A DNA stretch of 63,326 nt, the filler included, from Asterionella formosa (Eukaryota), in assembly GCA_002256025.1 (NCBI GenBank). It is 4 parts of 4 records of this genome, joined end to end, with 100 filler letters (N's around TTAATTAATTAA, not from the genome) between each part and the next. Parts side by side here need not be neighbours in the genome. Positions count along the whole stretch, not along the records: positions 1 to 29,652 come from NKIB01000984.1; 3 more parts are not named here. One strand, written 5' to 3'. The translations under genes were made by a program, and so were the position numbers. A model generated the notes under the pieces. It did not search any database. It saw nothing but the letters and a program-made list of their open reading frames with translations, and was not told where the DNA came from. How positions within the stretch are numbered: the first letter of the stretch is position 1; each line of letters starts with the position of its first letter. This document shows positions 1 to 12,435 of this stretch, piece after piece.

Positions 1-164
1 TCATGCTGTCACCGCCTTGACCCTGATGAAAACCAACTATTTCTCATACATCAGGCAAGACCGTGTGGGACCATCGTAAGGAGTGTGGGAGTCAAACCCA
101 ACAAATGGGTTCTAAAAATTTTGTGGGAATCGAACCACACACCAACTTGTTGTGCTCAACCAAC

Positions 165-478
165 TACCTGGTACCGGTAGGTACCTGGTAGGATCACAGT
201 ACCTGGTACCAGGTACCGTAATCCATTCCATTAGCATGTCAGTATACTGGTATTATATGAATGTGCGTGGTAGACGTGTGTAATTTTCTACCTGTCTGGT
301 ACCAGGTACCAGGTACCATGATATGTGATGTGTCGTTCCTGGTACCATACCAGGGTACAAGTACCAGGTACCGTACACCGAGTCTACGAGTCCACCGTAC
401 CTGGGTACTGGAACCTGCAACTGTTACTAGACAGAGGGAGTACCAGGTACCAGGTACCAGGTACCGGTACCCTGGATA
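165..478. repeat. GGTACC/CCWGG low-complexity palindromic array
   Basis: Dense run of (G)GTACCAG/CTGGTACC units, e.g. 440-472 gtaccaggtaccaggtaccaggtaccggtaccc. The same motif recurs near 6170-6350, 9270-9590, 15460-15850, 48360-48630, 53500-53710, 57610-58160, 60760-60855 and 61925-61972. Confidence 0.85.
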
Positions 479-667
479 CGCACCTCCATATCTTAGAGTT
501 CCCAGCTCCTCATGAATCGACGCAGACACCACCTGCCGCCCGGTGTAATGTTATACCTACAGAGCACATACAGGAATGAATCATATGGACATACATGTAG
601 CTATTTACCCCTCTATGATATAAAAATGCATGGATGGTAACAGTAGGTGTGTGATGGCAGTTTGACA

Positions 668-1622
668 ATGACAACTGGCACCGAGTCTGCTGAACCAGAC
701 ATTATAGTACCTTCCAAAGTCCCCCAAGAAGGACTCAGCACTTCGCATGAGACAGTGCCTAGGAAAGTAGCTGAAGCGACGGACTCAAACACGGGAGAAC
801 CTTCATCGAGTCCAGCGGTCCCGTTAGTCACATCGAAGACTCTCATTTCTACCGACAGCCCTGCTGAAACTGCTGCTCCAGTAGACACGAACACTCTACT
901 TGAATCAGAGACTATTACTATACCTGAATCAGAGACTATTCTGCAGAGCGATTCACAACCAGTCCTTCCAAATGATTTGACAGAGCCTCCCCTCGACTCT
1001 TCTGGGAACAGTGCAAATGCCCAGACGTCACTACCTGCCGCCGTCGGAGGTGGAACTGCGACACACCGGCAATCGAAACGTCCTATAGTTGGGGGAAATA
1101 ACAGCAATAACAAGAAACGAAAAATTGGCACGTCATCTCCGGTCGCTCGACCTCACTCGGTTCTGCCACTGGCAGATCCTCAAGTAGTGAGCATGGTCCA
1201 TGATCTCATGGGACTGTTGCAGATTTACGGGCCACTCACTTTGATGCAATTGGAATACAATTTGCCTCCAATACCCCGTGCTAGTGGAACTGGGGGTGCT
1301 GGAGGGGGGGCTGTTGTATGGACCAAGACAACTCTGGACGATATAGTTCAACTACTAGTGGCGACTGGCGTTGTTCAAGTTGTTCAAGACAGTGATCCTC
1401 CACAATATTGTATGTTCTCTGGAATTACTCGTGCAGATGTGATTTTGCCTTCCCGAATTATGGAAGAATTGGAAAATACCTATGAACAAATGACCAAAAC
1501 TGAAGAACGAGTCGCTGCTTTGAAACAGGCTTTGCTCGATAAGGTGCCTGCCAAACAAGTCCTCAAAACCTTGCTTCAAGAGTATCCTGAGATTGTGAAT
1601 GATCCTGTATATTTAGCAGCCC
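668..1622 (+). CDS. Hypothetical protein (Ser/Thr/Pro-rich N-terminus, basic NLS-like patch), 3' end lost in N gap
   Basis: Open frame from ATG 668 to the gap at 1623. It has a disordered N-terminus, an NKKRK patch and then a globular helical region. No family recognised. Confidence 0.7.
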
Positions 1623-3391
1623 NNNNNNNNNNNNNNNNNNNNNNNNNNNNNNNNNNNNNNNNNNNNNNNNNNNNNNNNNNNNNNNNNNNNNNNNNNNNNN
1701 NNNNNNNNNNNNNNNNNNNNNNNNNNNNNNNNNNNNNNNNNNNNNNNNNNNNNNNNNNNNNNNNNNNNNNNNNNNNNNNNNNNNNNNNNNNNNNNNNNNN
1801 NNNNNNNNNNNNNNNNNNNNNNNNNNNNNNNNNNNNNNNNNNNNNNNNNNNNNNNNNNNNNNNNNNNNNNNNNNNNNNNNNNNNNNNNNNNNNNNNNNNN
1901 NNNNNNNNNNNNNNNNNNNNNNNNNNNNNNNNNNNNNNNNNNNNNNNNNNNNNNNNNNNNNNNNNNNNNNNNNNNNNNNNNNNNNNNNNNNNNNNNNNNN
2001 NNNNNNNNNNNNNNNNNNNNNNNNNNNNNNNNNNNNNNNNNNNNNNNNNNNNNNNNNNNNNNNNNNNNNNNNNNNNNNNNNNNNNNNNNNNNNNNNNNNN
2101 NNNNNNNNNNNNNNNNNNNNNNNNNNNNNNNNNNNNNNNNNNNNNNNNNNNNNNNNNNNNNNNNNNNNNNNNNNNNNNNNNNNNNNNNNNNNNNNNNNNN
2201 NNNNNNNNNNNNNNNNNNNNNNNNNNNNNNNNNNNNNNNNNNNNNNNNNNNNNNNNNNNNNNNNNNNNNNNNNNNNNNNNNNNNNNNNNNNNNNNNNNNN
2301 NNNNNNNNNNNNNNNNNNNNNNNNNNNNNNNNNNNNNNNNNNNNNNNNNNNNNNNNNNNNNNNNNNNNNNNNNNNNNNNNNNNNNNNNNNNNNNNNNNNN
2401 NNNNNNNNNNNNNNNNNNNNNNNNNNNNNNNNNNNNNNNNNNNNNNNNNNNNNNNNNNNNNNNNNNNNNNNNNNNNNNNNNNNNNNNNNNNNNNNNNNNN
2501 NNNNNNNNNNNNNNNNNNNNNNNNNNNNNNNNNNNNNNNNNNTACGGTAGTCAACTGTAAAAAATTGTCAAGGAACTTTGAGTTGCGTCACCAACCACGA
2601 TTGATTAGCCTTGCAGAGACCTACAGGTGACTGGTAAGTGATCAGTCCCCCCTGTGTGTGCTGAAGGACAGATAACTTTGTCATTGTGACCGAATTCGCC
2701 TTGCTTTAGATATCGGTATGTTGGCTGTTGATTTTTTTCAAAATGACCACGCGAAAACCGGAGTTGGCATTTTCTATTGTAAGTACATTTCTGCATTCTT
2801 CCCTGTGCGTATTTCCAGCTCCTTTTACCATAACAGACATGACACAATTTGGTTTAATTTGTTGCTGATTCTGATCCCAAAATGTCGCTGCAGTACTAGC
2901 GTACCAGGTACCCCCCTGAAAATAAAATGGTATCCAAGGAGTAGATACTGTAACGCCCTGAAACTAAAATGTATTGGGTGTACTAAACATTTCGGCTCGC
3001 TTCTCGTTTGTCCCAGCCAGGCTCCTCCTTGCATGCAATGAAATGGCGCACTATGAGTATGAGATTTTCTCGTTGACGAAGCATGTATCTTGAAATACAC
3101 AGCAGCAACGCGTTTTGAACATCGTCTAGGTTTTTTCACGATAAATGCAACTTGATGGTGCTCCTTGACTCGTTCATTGACGGAGGAGGAAGACTTGAAA
3201 CCTCAAATATTATGAAGTATCATAATTTCCTGCTTTTAAGATTGAAAGTACAAGTCGGTGGAAAGTTAAGGAATTTTCATTTGAATTTGTTTTAATATTT
3301 TGCTTTTGACCTCGTGTCCTTCCAATTATTGTTATGTGGTAGTTCATCAAGTCATTCCGACTAATAACTTGGTAATGAGCCGTTGTTGAAA

Positions 3392-3688
3392 TCAGATTTC
3401 CCCAGCATTCGAGTTACAAGAAGGTGCTCCTGTTGATTGACTAAAAAATAGGTCCTCATCGGCTATTCCTTCATCGATGATTCGAATAGCTTCATTCAGG
3501 ATTTGCAATATTTCATGTCTTGCTAGTTTCCCTTGATTCAACGAGAACGAGGACCGTTGCTGCCCCAGCACTTGGGTTTGACGACCAGAATGCAGACTCT
3601 GTGCAATCTTGTGGTTGTAGTGTACACCACTTAAAGGAGATACATCATTCTGAGCAGAGATATCAAGATTGTCACACGAGCTCATCAT
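3392..3688 (-). CDS. Small hypothetical protein
   Basis: 98-aa ORF from ATG 3688 with an amphipathic C-terminal helix (EILQILNEAIRIIDEG). No other support. Confidence 0.3.
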   Translation of the reverse strand: MMSSCDNLDISAQNDVSPLSGVHYNHKIAQSLHSGRQTQVLGQQRSSFSLNQGKLARHEILQILNEAIRIIDEGIADEDLFFSQSTGAPSCNSNAGEI

Positions 3689-5249
3689 GAGAAATTGTTG
3701 TTCGTTTCCAATTATGCTTTGCAATCGTGATTGATTTTGTGAAAAATTCTGAAGGCAAAGATGGATACAAGAATACCGGGTACTGTTTACGTATCATATC
3801 TTATGGAATTGATCTCGAAGTGTGTGAAAGACCATTTTCCACAGCAACCTTGAAGTAAACTTTCGATGCTTTAACCAAGGTTGTCCAGCGATTGCACAGA
3901 GGACACAATGGACTTGAATTAAAATCTGTGCGTAAGACAAATAAAGTACGAAGGCAGTTATGTATGCGTTAAAAGAGAAGTAGTTACCTGCGAATAGACA
4001 TTTCCATTTATCCTGGCGAAATTTTATTTTTTCTTGCTCGAAGGACAACGAAGAAATAACGCTGAAATAGCTTGCAACCTCTCACAATAATGGCCTCTTG
4101 TATTCACAGGGGTCAGTATTAGGAATGGTTGTTCTAGCATACCACATAAGCTCGGTAAATTGTCACCACCTGTACCACTGCAAATATGGTCGTGATCAAA
4201 TCGCCATGGTCCATGCAGCCAACCGTACCTGCCTTACACCTATATACTGGTACATAGTTAGTAACTGATGGTATGACCCAGTACTTCTTACCGCCTCCCG
4301 CTCTTCACACATTGTTTTAAAAGGCGACCAAGCAAGTGGCGAAAGAAACAAGGTCATGAATAATGTGAACAGAATGTTAACAGTTGCCAAGCCCACAATG
4401 TTCGTCAATGTATTGATCACTACCAGCAACACATGATACATTCTCATTTAACATGAAGGGTCTNNNNNNNNNNNNNNNNNNNNNNNNNNNNNNNNNNNNN
4501 NNNNNNNNNNNNNNNNNNNNNNNNNNNNNNNNNNNNNNNNNNNNNNNNNNNNNNNNNNNNNNNNNNNNNNNNNNNNNNNNNNNNNNNNNNNNNNNNNNNN
4601 NNNNNNNNNNNNNNNNNNNNNNNNNNNNNNNNNNNNNNNNNNNNNNNNNNNNNNNNNNNNNNNNNNNNNNNNNNNNNNNNNNNNNNNNNNNNNNNNNNNN
4701 NNNNNNNNNNNNNNNNNNNNNNNNNNNNNNNNNNNNNNNNNNNNNNNNNNNNNNNNNNNNNNNNNNNNNNNNNNNNNNNNNNNNNNNNNNNNNNNNNNNN
4801 NNNNNNNNNNNNNNNNNNNNNNNNNNNNNNNNNNNNNNNNNNNNNNNNNNNNNNNNNNNNNNNNNNNNNNNNNNNNNNNNNNNNNNNNNNNNNNNNNNNN
4901 NNNNNNNNNNNNNNNNNNNNNNNNNNNNNNNNNNNNNNNNNNNNNNNNNNNNNNNNNNNNNNNNNNNNNNNNNNNNNNNNNNNNNNNNNNNNNNNNNNNN
5001 NNNNNNNNNNNNNNNNNNNNNNNNNNNNNNNNNNNNNNNNNNNNNNNNNNNNNNNNNNNNNNNNNNNNNNNNNNNNNNNNNNNNNNNNNNNNNNNNNNNN
5101 NNNNNNNNNNNNNNNNNNNNNNNNNNNNNNNNNNNNNNNNNNNNNNNNNNNNNNNNNNNNNNNNNNNNNNNNNNNNNNNNNNNNNNNNNNNNNNNNNNNN
5201 NNNNNNNNNNNNNNNNNNNNNNNNNNNNNNNNNNNNNNNNNNAGTGAGT

Positions 5250-5891
5250 TCACGGTCCATGCTCTCTTTCAGGTTCTCCTTCGTCCGATTCTTTCTTCGT
5301 TACGATGGTTTCTATTGTAGATGGAATACCAATGGCCTTACGTTGACGCTGTATCAATTGAACATGCACATCCAAGGCCTGCTTTGTGGCATCATATACC
5401 TTTACCACCTCATTCCACTTCTGTTCGTCCATTAGTTTCGGGCTTGACATGATATCATAGACTCTTTCGCCCATAATATGAGACAAGCGCTTCAAATTTC
5501 CTGGAATGTAGTCAGAACGATAGGCTGGTACTTGCGATCCATCAATTAGAGTCAACTCCAGCGCTTCCATCGCCGTGTGGTCTCGCCCGTCCGATTTGTG
5601 TGGCTTGAAGCGCACTTGCTCAAATACTTTGAGATATGGGTGATAAACGTCCTCTTTTGCACTTATCCAGGAAACAATGGACCGTCTATGAATGAAATAC
5701 TCCTGGTTCTCTGGCGCTTGGCCGACAACAATGCCCCAACTCTTGCGCTTGTCATAGAATTTGACAGTCCCCGTGACGAACCCTTCTGTTGTTGTGCTGG
5801 CTGCACTCGAGAACAAATTAGCTGCTAGTAATCTCCCTCCACTGTGATTTAGCAGACGAGAAGAAGTAATAGCAAGAGAAGTGGTAAACAT
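5250..5891 (-). CDS. Cold-shock domain protein, probably mitochondrial
   Basis: CSD RNP1/RNP2-like motifs TGTVKFYDKRKSWGIV and EYFIHRRSI. The N-terminus from ATG 5891 (MFTTSLAITSSRLL...) is Ser/Thr/Arg-rich and lacks acidic residues, like a mitochondrial presequence. Confidence 0.75.
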   Translation of the reverse strand: MFTTSLAITSSRLLNHSGGRLLAANLFSSAASTTTEGFVTGTVKFYDKRKSWGIVVGQAPENQEYFIHRRSIVSWISAKEDVYHPYLKVFEQVRFKPHKSDGRDHTAMEALELTLIDGSQVPAYRSDYIPGNLKRLSHIMGERVYDIMSSPKLMDEQKWNEVVKVYDATKQALDVHVQLIQRQRKAIGIPSTIETIVTKKESDEGEPEREHGP

Positions 5892-6713
5892 TGTGGTGCT
5901 TGACAAATGGATCAGATATATCAAATTGTTAATGGGCGGATGTATGGAATGATTCAGAAAATAAGGAGTGCAACAATCACATAACGGCATGCGTGTATAT
6001 ATATATATATCATATGTCAGCCATATATTATATGTATTGACAATAATGCATGAAAAAATAAAAAATAAACAATAATAAGAATTCTAAATATAAAGCAAAA
6101 TAAAAGCATCACCACCAAGAAATCTTGTGGTGGTGGTGGCTGCCTCGTCTGCAATTTGCCTTTACTGCCGGTATACCAGGTACCCCTGGTACCGTATACG
6201 GGGAAGAGCCAAATCACCATTTTTTATGACGACGATGGCACGGCGTACAGGCACTCATGAAGCGTCACTTTTCTTTTGGCTCGTCATGGTGCCGGTACCC
6301 TGGTGGGTAGCAGTAGTCTACCTACCGTAGTACCTGGTACCCTGGTACCTGATTTCAACAGTGGTTGCCATTCCAACCCCCATAAATATTACCGGTATAT
6401 GTATTCCCGAGTACTGCAAGTTGCAGTAGTTGCGCTGAAACTAAAACTTTAGCTGTTTTTATCCTAAATTTAATTGTTTATTTAAGCCCAAATGACCGCA
6501 TCTTGGTTGTCTACGGCAGTTAGTCGACCATAACAATTTATGAATACTCCCGGTAATCAGTCGAACGTAGGCAATAATAATAAATAATTCTTTTAGCACG
6601 GCGAGATGAGGTCATGTGACAATGTGGATGGTAAAGATAAATGAATTCGAAATATTCTCAGTTTAGCATTAAAGCAAAAATATTGATGGCACATATTTTA
6701 TGCCCACTTGAAC

Positions 6714-8713
6714 ATGAAGTTTCGCCTTTCCTGTCTATTACCTCTAATCATTGCGTCATCTACGGAGGGTCATAATGATAATGACGACTCAAGCCGTCGC
6801 CGTCGTTGCGCCACAAAGAGTCCAGATCCCGACGCTTCCGCTCATCTAAGCGCCGATATTCAGTCGAGGAAGCTACTACTATCAACTGCCATCCAAGAAA
6901 TTGTCATTCCGACACATTTTGTCATGTGAGAATGCACTACCAAAGAGCGCCAGCGTCAGATGCTTCTTTTCATTGTCTGTCACTCGAATTCGGAACTGAC
7001 GCCCTCTATCCATTTTCATGATTTTCTCAGATTCAAATCATCCAATGCACCCTCAGAAATGCCGCAAACATTCGTCAACGCACAGATGCAAGTCTTGAAT
7101 GAAGGATATTCTCAAACACCCTTTCAATTTAAGCTTGCAATCGTTCAATACGTCGTTAAAAAGACGCATTACTCGAGCATGGCTGAACCTAACGATAGTA
7201 ATGTTGGGGCACTCTACAAACAAGGTGGCACAAACACATTAATGGTTATTGGGGAAACAAGAACATAGGGGAGTCCTTTACACGTTTTACGACACTGTTG
7301 CATGTGGGCGAGGCTGACTTTTCAGCAGATGGTATCTTTATGGATATTTCTACTATCCCAGGAGGAAGCTCCAATTGCTGTCATCTTGGAAAGACATTGG
7401 TGCATGAGGTAGGGCATTGGCTTGGATTGTACCACACCTTCGAAGGCGAATCGTGTGCAGCTACCAACCCAGGAGACTATATCTCGGACACACCTCAGCA
7501 GGCCGATAAGACGGATAATGAATGTCCCTTGCATCGAGATTCTTGCCCAGGCATGGCCGGTCTCGATCCTATCCATAACTTTATGGATTATTCCAGTGAC
7601 GATTGTTTGAATGAATTTACCCCGGGTCAAATAGAGCGAATGTANNNNNNNNNNNNNNNNNNNNNNNNNNNNNNNNNNNNNNNNNNNNNNNNNNNNNNNN
7701 NNNNNNNNNNNNNNNNNNNNNNNNNNNNNNNNNNNNNNNNNNNNNNNNNNNNNNNNNNNNNNNNNNNNNNNNNNNNNNNNNNNNNNNNNNNNNNNNNNNN
7801 NNNNNNNNNNNNNNNNNNNNNNNNNNNNNNNNNNNNNNNNNNNNNNNNNNNNNNNNNNNNNNNNNNNNNNNNNNNNNNNNNNNNNNNNNNNNNNNNNNNN
7901 NNNNNNNNNNNNNNNNNNNNNNNNNNNNNNNNNNNNNNNNNNNNNNNNNNNNNNNNNNNNNNNNNNNNNNNNNNNNNNNNNNNNNNNNNNNNNNNNNNNN
8001 NNNNNNNNNNNNNNNNNNNNNNNNNNNNNNNNNNNNNNNNNNNNNNNNNNNNNNNNNNNNNNNNNNNNNNNNNNNNNNNNNNNNNNNNNNNNNNNNNNNN
8101 NNNNNNNNNNNNNNNNNNNNNNNNNNNNNNNNNNNNNNNNNNNNNNNNNNNNNNNNNNNNNNNNNNNNACCAAACCTTCAACGCCTTCGTTGCCACGAAC
8201 CAAATCTCCAACAAAACCATCCCAACGCTGGGACCAAATATTTCAAAGCCAAGCAAAGCGCCAATCAAACACTCATTCCACGCTGAAACTAAATCGACAA
8301 AGGCACGACACAGCACCAGAATCCCATTTCGACCAAGCGTTCATCATAAGATGAAATCAAATCCCAAGAAAAGACCGAAGGGGAAAAACTGCAGCGATCA
8401 CAAAACGACGAGTTTCTTTGTAAGCAACATTCAAGAGTTTCGAAACTGTAATTGGCTATCGAAACAACAACCAGAGTACAAAAAGGTCCTTTGCATCGAA
8501 GAAGGTACTGGGAAGATATGTTCCACGACATGCGGTCACTGCACTATAGTAAACAAGTGCATAGATTCATCTTCCAAATTCAAGCTTACCAACAACGTCG
8601 AACGCGATTGTAAGTGGTTACGTTTGCGTCCCGAAATTCAAAATCAGATTTTTCTCCCTGGAAGTGATGCATATAAAAAGTGTGTGGAGACCTGTAACTC
8701 TTGTGAACAATGA
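6714..8713 (+). CDS. Secreted M43 (pappalysin/ulilysin-like) zinc metallopeptidase with C-terminal Cys-rich repeats; apparent 1-bp frameshift
   Basis: Signal peptide from ATG 6714 and a GT-AG intron at 6926-7030 that restores the frame. Zinc motif HEVGHWLGLYH and Met-turn NFMDYS are present. The frame shifts near 7240, an N gap covers 7645-8168, and two C..WL...C..TC..C repeats end at the stop at 8713. Confidence 0.8.
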
Positions 8714-9759
8714 CGAAAAAGCAATGTATAATTATAAATCTTGAAATATTTTTTTCCGCAAATGGATTGTGGAAGGGGACCTTATACGCACGATTCATGA
8801 GATGCAACCAGTCGGGTGATGGTTCAGCAGAAAATGGGTAAGGTCATCACACACACCCCTTCACTTCTCCCCTGCCAGGGTCTAACATATAGAATCGCAA
8901 ACGAGCCAAAACTGTGTTTTCCACGCAGAAATCTTCATGTAGCTACACTTGCCGGTCCCGTCATGGCCTTAATATAGTACCAATCCTGATGGTACTAGTA
9001 CCAGGTTGTAATATAGGCAGTTTGTTGTCCTTATTAAAGTGTTTCGGTTAGCAAGGGAGCTATCCTAAATTGCAAGTATAACTAGTGCATACGTCTTTCT
9101 TTACTCCCAATTTAACAGGTCATAATGAAAATTATTACTGGTATATCCTTCTATTTAACAGTACACAATAAAATCGAGGCGAATACTAAAATGTTAATAG
9201 AAACACGTTTGCATATGCAAATATTCTTATTCGGATCATATTTTATTGAGGCCCTCACAGAGACTACCAACAGGTACCCCTTGAACCAGGCTCCTGCATG
9301 TATGCATGTACCAGGTACCCGGTAGCGGTATCAACCTACCGTTATTTATACCGGTGGAAGAGTATAATGATCGTTTCATCTTTTCAAACAGTACCAGGTA
9401 CTGGTACCAGGTACCCCTGTAAGGTTGGGGCTTTCCTTTTGTCCAATCCTGCTGAAGCAGATGGACTTAATTATTTGTGGTATTTAGACAACCTACCAGG
9501 CACCTGGTACCGCATGTACCCGTACCAGGTACCTACTGACCATCATTCATATTTAGCTAAGATGGACTACCGGTACCTGGTCCGGGTACGGTAACGGAAC
9601 TCACTCCTTACTCCAAGAGTTGTTGTACAATTATGATAGTAAATACCAAAGCTGCTGCAGGCTTCACACACCTTGCCTTGACTTTCCAAGTCATTTTGTG
9701 TCGTCCATAGCGATCTCATCGTCCCAAGTCTTTCCCTCCATCCAACAACAGCATCCACC

Positions 9760-11676
9760 ATGGCAGACCACGATCCCGAAGAAGAACTGGTCGACTACGA
9801 CGAAGAAGAGGTACGAGAAAGGCAAGGGGACGAGCCATTGTAATGCAATGATTTGATTGGCGTTTCAGATCATTGTGCCGTCTTGCCGGTGACCGTCGTA
9901 CTAATGTCTGTTTTTGAACTGCTCCAACAAATAATTATTTTTCGATTTTTCAAAATAGGAAGTAGCCGACGTTTCGGTGGACAAGGCCTCGGTCGATACC
10001 AAAGATGTCAAGAAGTGAGTCTAACGTAATACTTTGAGTTGTACGCGTTGAAATGTTATAATCAAAAAGCGCGAATGCAGGAAGCTTCGTTGTGATGGAT
10101 GATGGAGAGTATCAGATTGTGCAGGTTTGTGTGAACAGGAGACTGTTTGGGGCTGCGGCGCTGCGACCTTCCTGACCGATGCACGAGAGTTTTGTGACCG
10201 TTTGGCACTTGAGGAATGGCATGACCTGTGGAGCGAGCCACCCACGTGGGTTGCTTCAGGTCAATGAAACGCATATCTGCTATCCGCAACTCGCTCGGTT
10301 TCGACAAAACAACATCAGTGTATTGGAATGATCCTTTCAAACGATCGTTGTAATCATGGACAATGTATCAGCTTCTGTTCCCCTAAAATCCCAACCAAAC
10401 ACACAACGAAAGAAACTCAATACATCCATCACAGATCAAACTCGAAGACTAAACATTATCATTCCTCCATCACTTTCTTCGGAACAGGGGTCACTATGTC
10501 GGTATACATGCGTCTGGTTTCAAGGATTTCATTTTGAAGCCAGAATGTCTCCGCGCTGTTGTTGATTGCGGATTTGAGCATCCATCTGAGGTCCAACATG
10601 AATGTATTCCTCAGGCTGTCCTTGGTATGGACATTGTCTGTCAGGCAAAGTCTGGAATGGGAAAGACTGCTGTCTTTGTTCTTGCCACCCTCCACCAGCT
10701 TAACCCATCGGCCTTCCCTGAAGGCGAAAACCAAGTTTCCGTTTTGGTTATTTGTCACACACGTGAGCTTGCCTTCCAGATTGCTCATGAGTACGAACGT
10801 TTCGCCAAGTACCTTCCAGATGTAAAGACTGCTGTTTTTTACGGCGGTGTGCCCATTCAGCAGAACCGAGATATCTTGAAGAGCGACTGCCCTCATATTG
10901 TTGTCGGAACACCTGGACGTGTCCTTGGTCTCGCTCGTGAGAAGGCACTGAAGCTAGATCACATCAAACATTTCGTCCTAGATGAGTGTGACAAAATTTT
11001 GGAGTCTCTTGATATGCGTCGCGATATCCAGGAAATCTTCAAAATGACACCTCATGAAAAGCAGGTCATGATGTTCAGTGCTACTCTCAGCAAGGAAATA
11101 CGTCCTGTCTGTAAAAAGTTTTGTCAAGATCCTATGGAGATTTACGTTGACGATGATACGAAATTGACTCTCCACGGTTTGCAGTTGTATTACACGAAGC
11201 TCGCAGAGGCGGAAAAGAACCGTAAGTTGAATGACTTACTCGACGCTTTGGAATTTAATCAGGTTGTCATTTTTGTGTCCAAGGTTGCTCGCGCAAACGA
11301 GCTTAATCGTCTCTTGACCGAGTGTAATTTCCCTTCTATTTGCATCCATGCTGGACAAAAGCAAGAAGAGCGCATTGCCAAATACAAGTCATTCAAAGAG
11401 TTCAATGCGCGTATCCTAGTTTCCACCGATCTTTTTGGTCGCGGAATTGATATCGAACGTGTCAATGTCGTTATTAACTACGACTTCCCTGACGATTCTG
11501 ACCAGTTCCTTCACCGTGTTGGTCGCGCTGGTCGTTTCGGAACCAAGGGTATTGCGATCTCGTTTATCTCCAGTGATGCTGACAAGGAGATCCTCGATAA
11601 GGTGCAGAGCCGATTTGAAGTTTCCATTCCCGTCCTTCCGGATGAATTGGACGTGAGCTCCTACATGACGACGTAA
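9760..11676 (+). CDS. UAP56: DECD-box RNA helicase UAP56/SUB2 (DDX39), TREX mRNA export
   Basis: Exons 9760-9810 ([17 protein letters not shown]), 9959-10014 and 10488-11676 splice in frame with GT-AG ends. Motifs [29 protein letters not shown] and [10 protein letters not shown] are present. Confidence 0.97.
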
Positions 11677-12216
11677 TAAATGACAACATGTAGTGGTTTT
11701 GGGGACACGAGGATGTTAGCCGTATACAAGCAGAATTAGCCGTATGCAAGCAAACTTTTTAAATTTCATTTCATTGCAGAGCATTCCTCAACAGATTGTA
11801 AAAAAGTTTTTGCATATGCCTCTGGCCAAAAAGTGGATCTAGAACATTAGTAGTTACTGCATGCTTTTCCGTGGTATTGTCGAGAGATGTGTGTCCCCGA
11901 TCTACCCCAGGCAATCGGAAACATATACCTTATGATATTCATCCCACAATTGCCATGTCTACTCACATCTTATCTTTGGCGGAGGCTTATATTTTAAATG
12001 CACAGATGACAATTGTGAGGACATGCAAACGACAGGCTAGGATGGCTTTCAAGTAGCGTTTGCCAGGACCCTATGAACAAATCGATTGCGCCACTTGTTG
12101 CATCAATGAAGGAGAGTCCTCACAAGAGGGGTGTAACCACTACTACATATAGAACACCATTTTAACACACAAGTCTGTATTTCAATCGGATAGTCATGGA
12201 CATGGGCACTCTTTCG

Positions 12217-12435
12217 TGATCTGGATCTGCAGAGGCAATAACAACTAGCTCATCGAAATTGGCAATCTTGGCCCTTCGCAGGTGAGCTGCTTGTACCCAG
12301 TAGATCCCCTCCCATGTGAGTGGCTAACGGTAGAGAACTATAGGGTGGAATTGTTCGGCTATGAAAAGCATTGGTTGGTTCTCCTCAGCTTTCAGTATTA
12401 TATTTAGCGTTTCTCTATTGAAAGCTTGTGTCACT
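12217..12435 (-). pseudogene. Degenerate copy of the VWA-protein cytoplasmic tail
   Basis: The minus strand reads VTQAFN..AEENQP / PYSS / GSTGY..TCEGPR / ELVVIASADP with frameshifts. This matches the tails at 12995-13270 and 17344-17620. Confidence 0.75.

Noticed and set aside
3..45. Similarity to 61202-61245 (ccttgacc.tga.gaaaa)
   Set aside because: Short and weak, and I could not extend or identify it.
239..579. Short ORFs rich in YQVPGT/VPGTW (also 9298-9594, 57574-57927)
   Set aside because: They are translations of the GGTACC low-complexity arrays.
1613..8316. Long ORFs made mostly of X
   Set aside because: They run through the N gaps at 1623-2542, 4464-5242 and 7645-8168.
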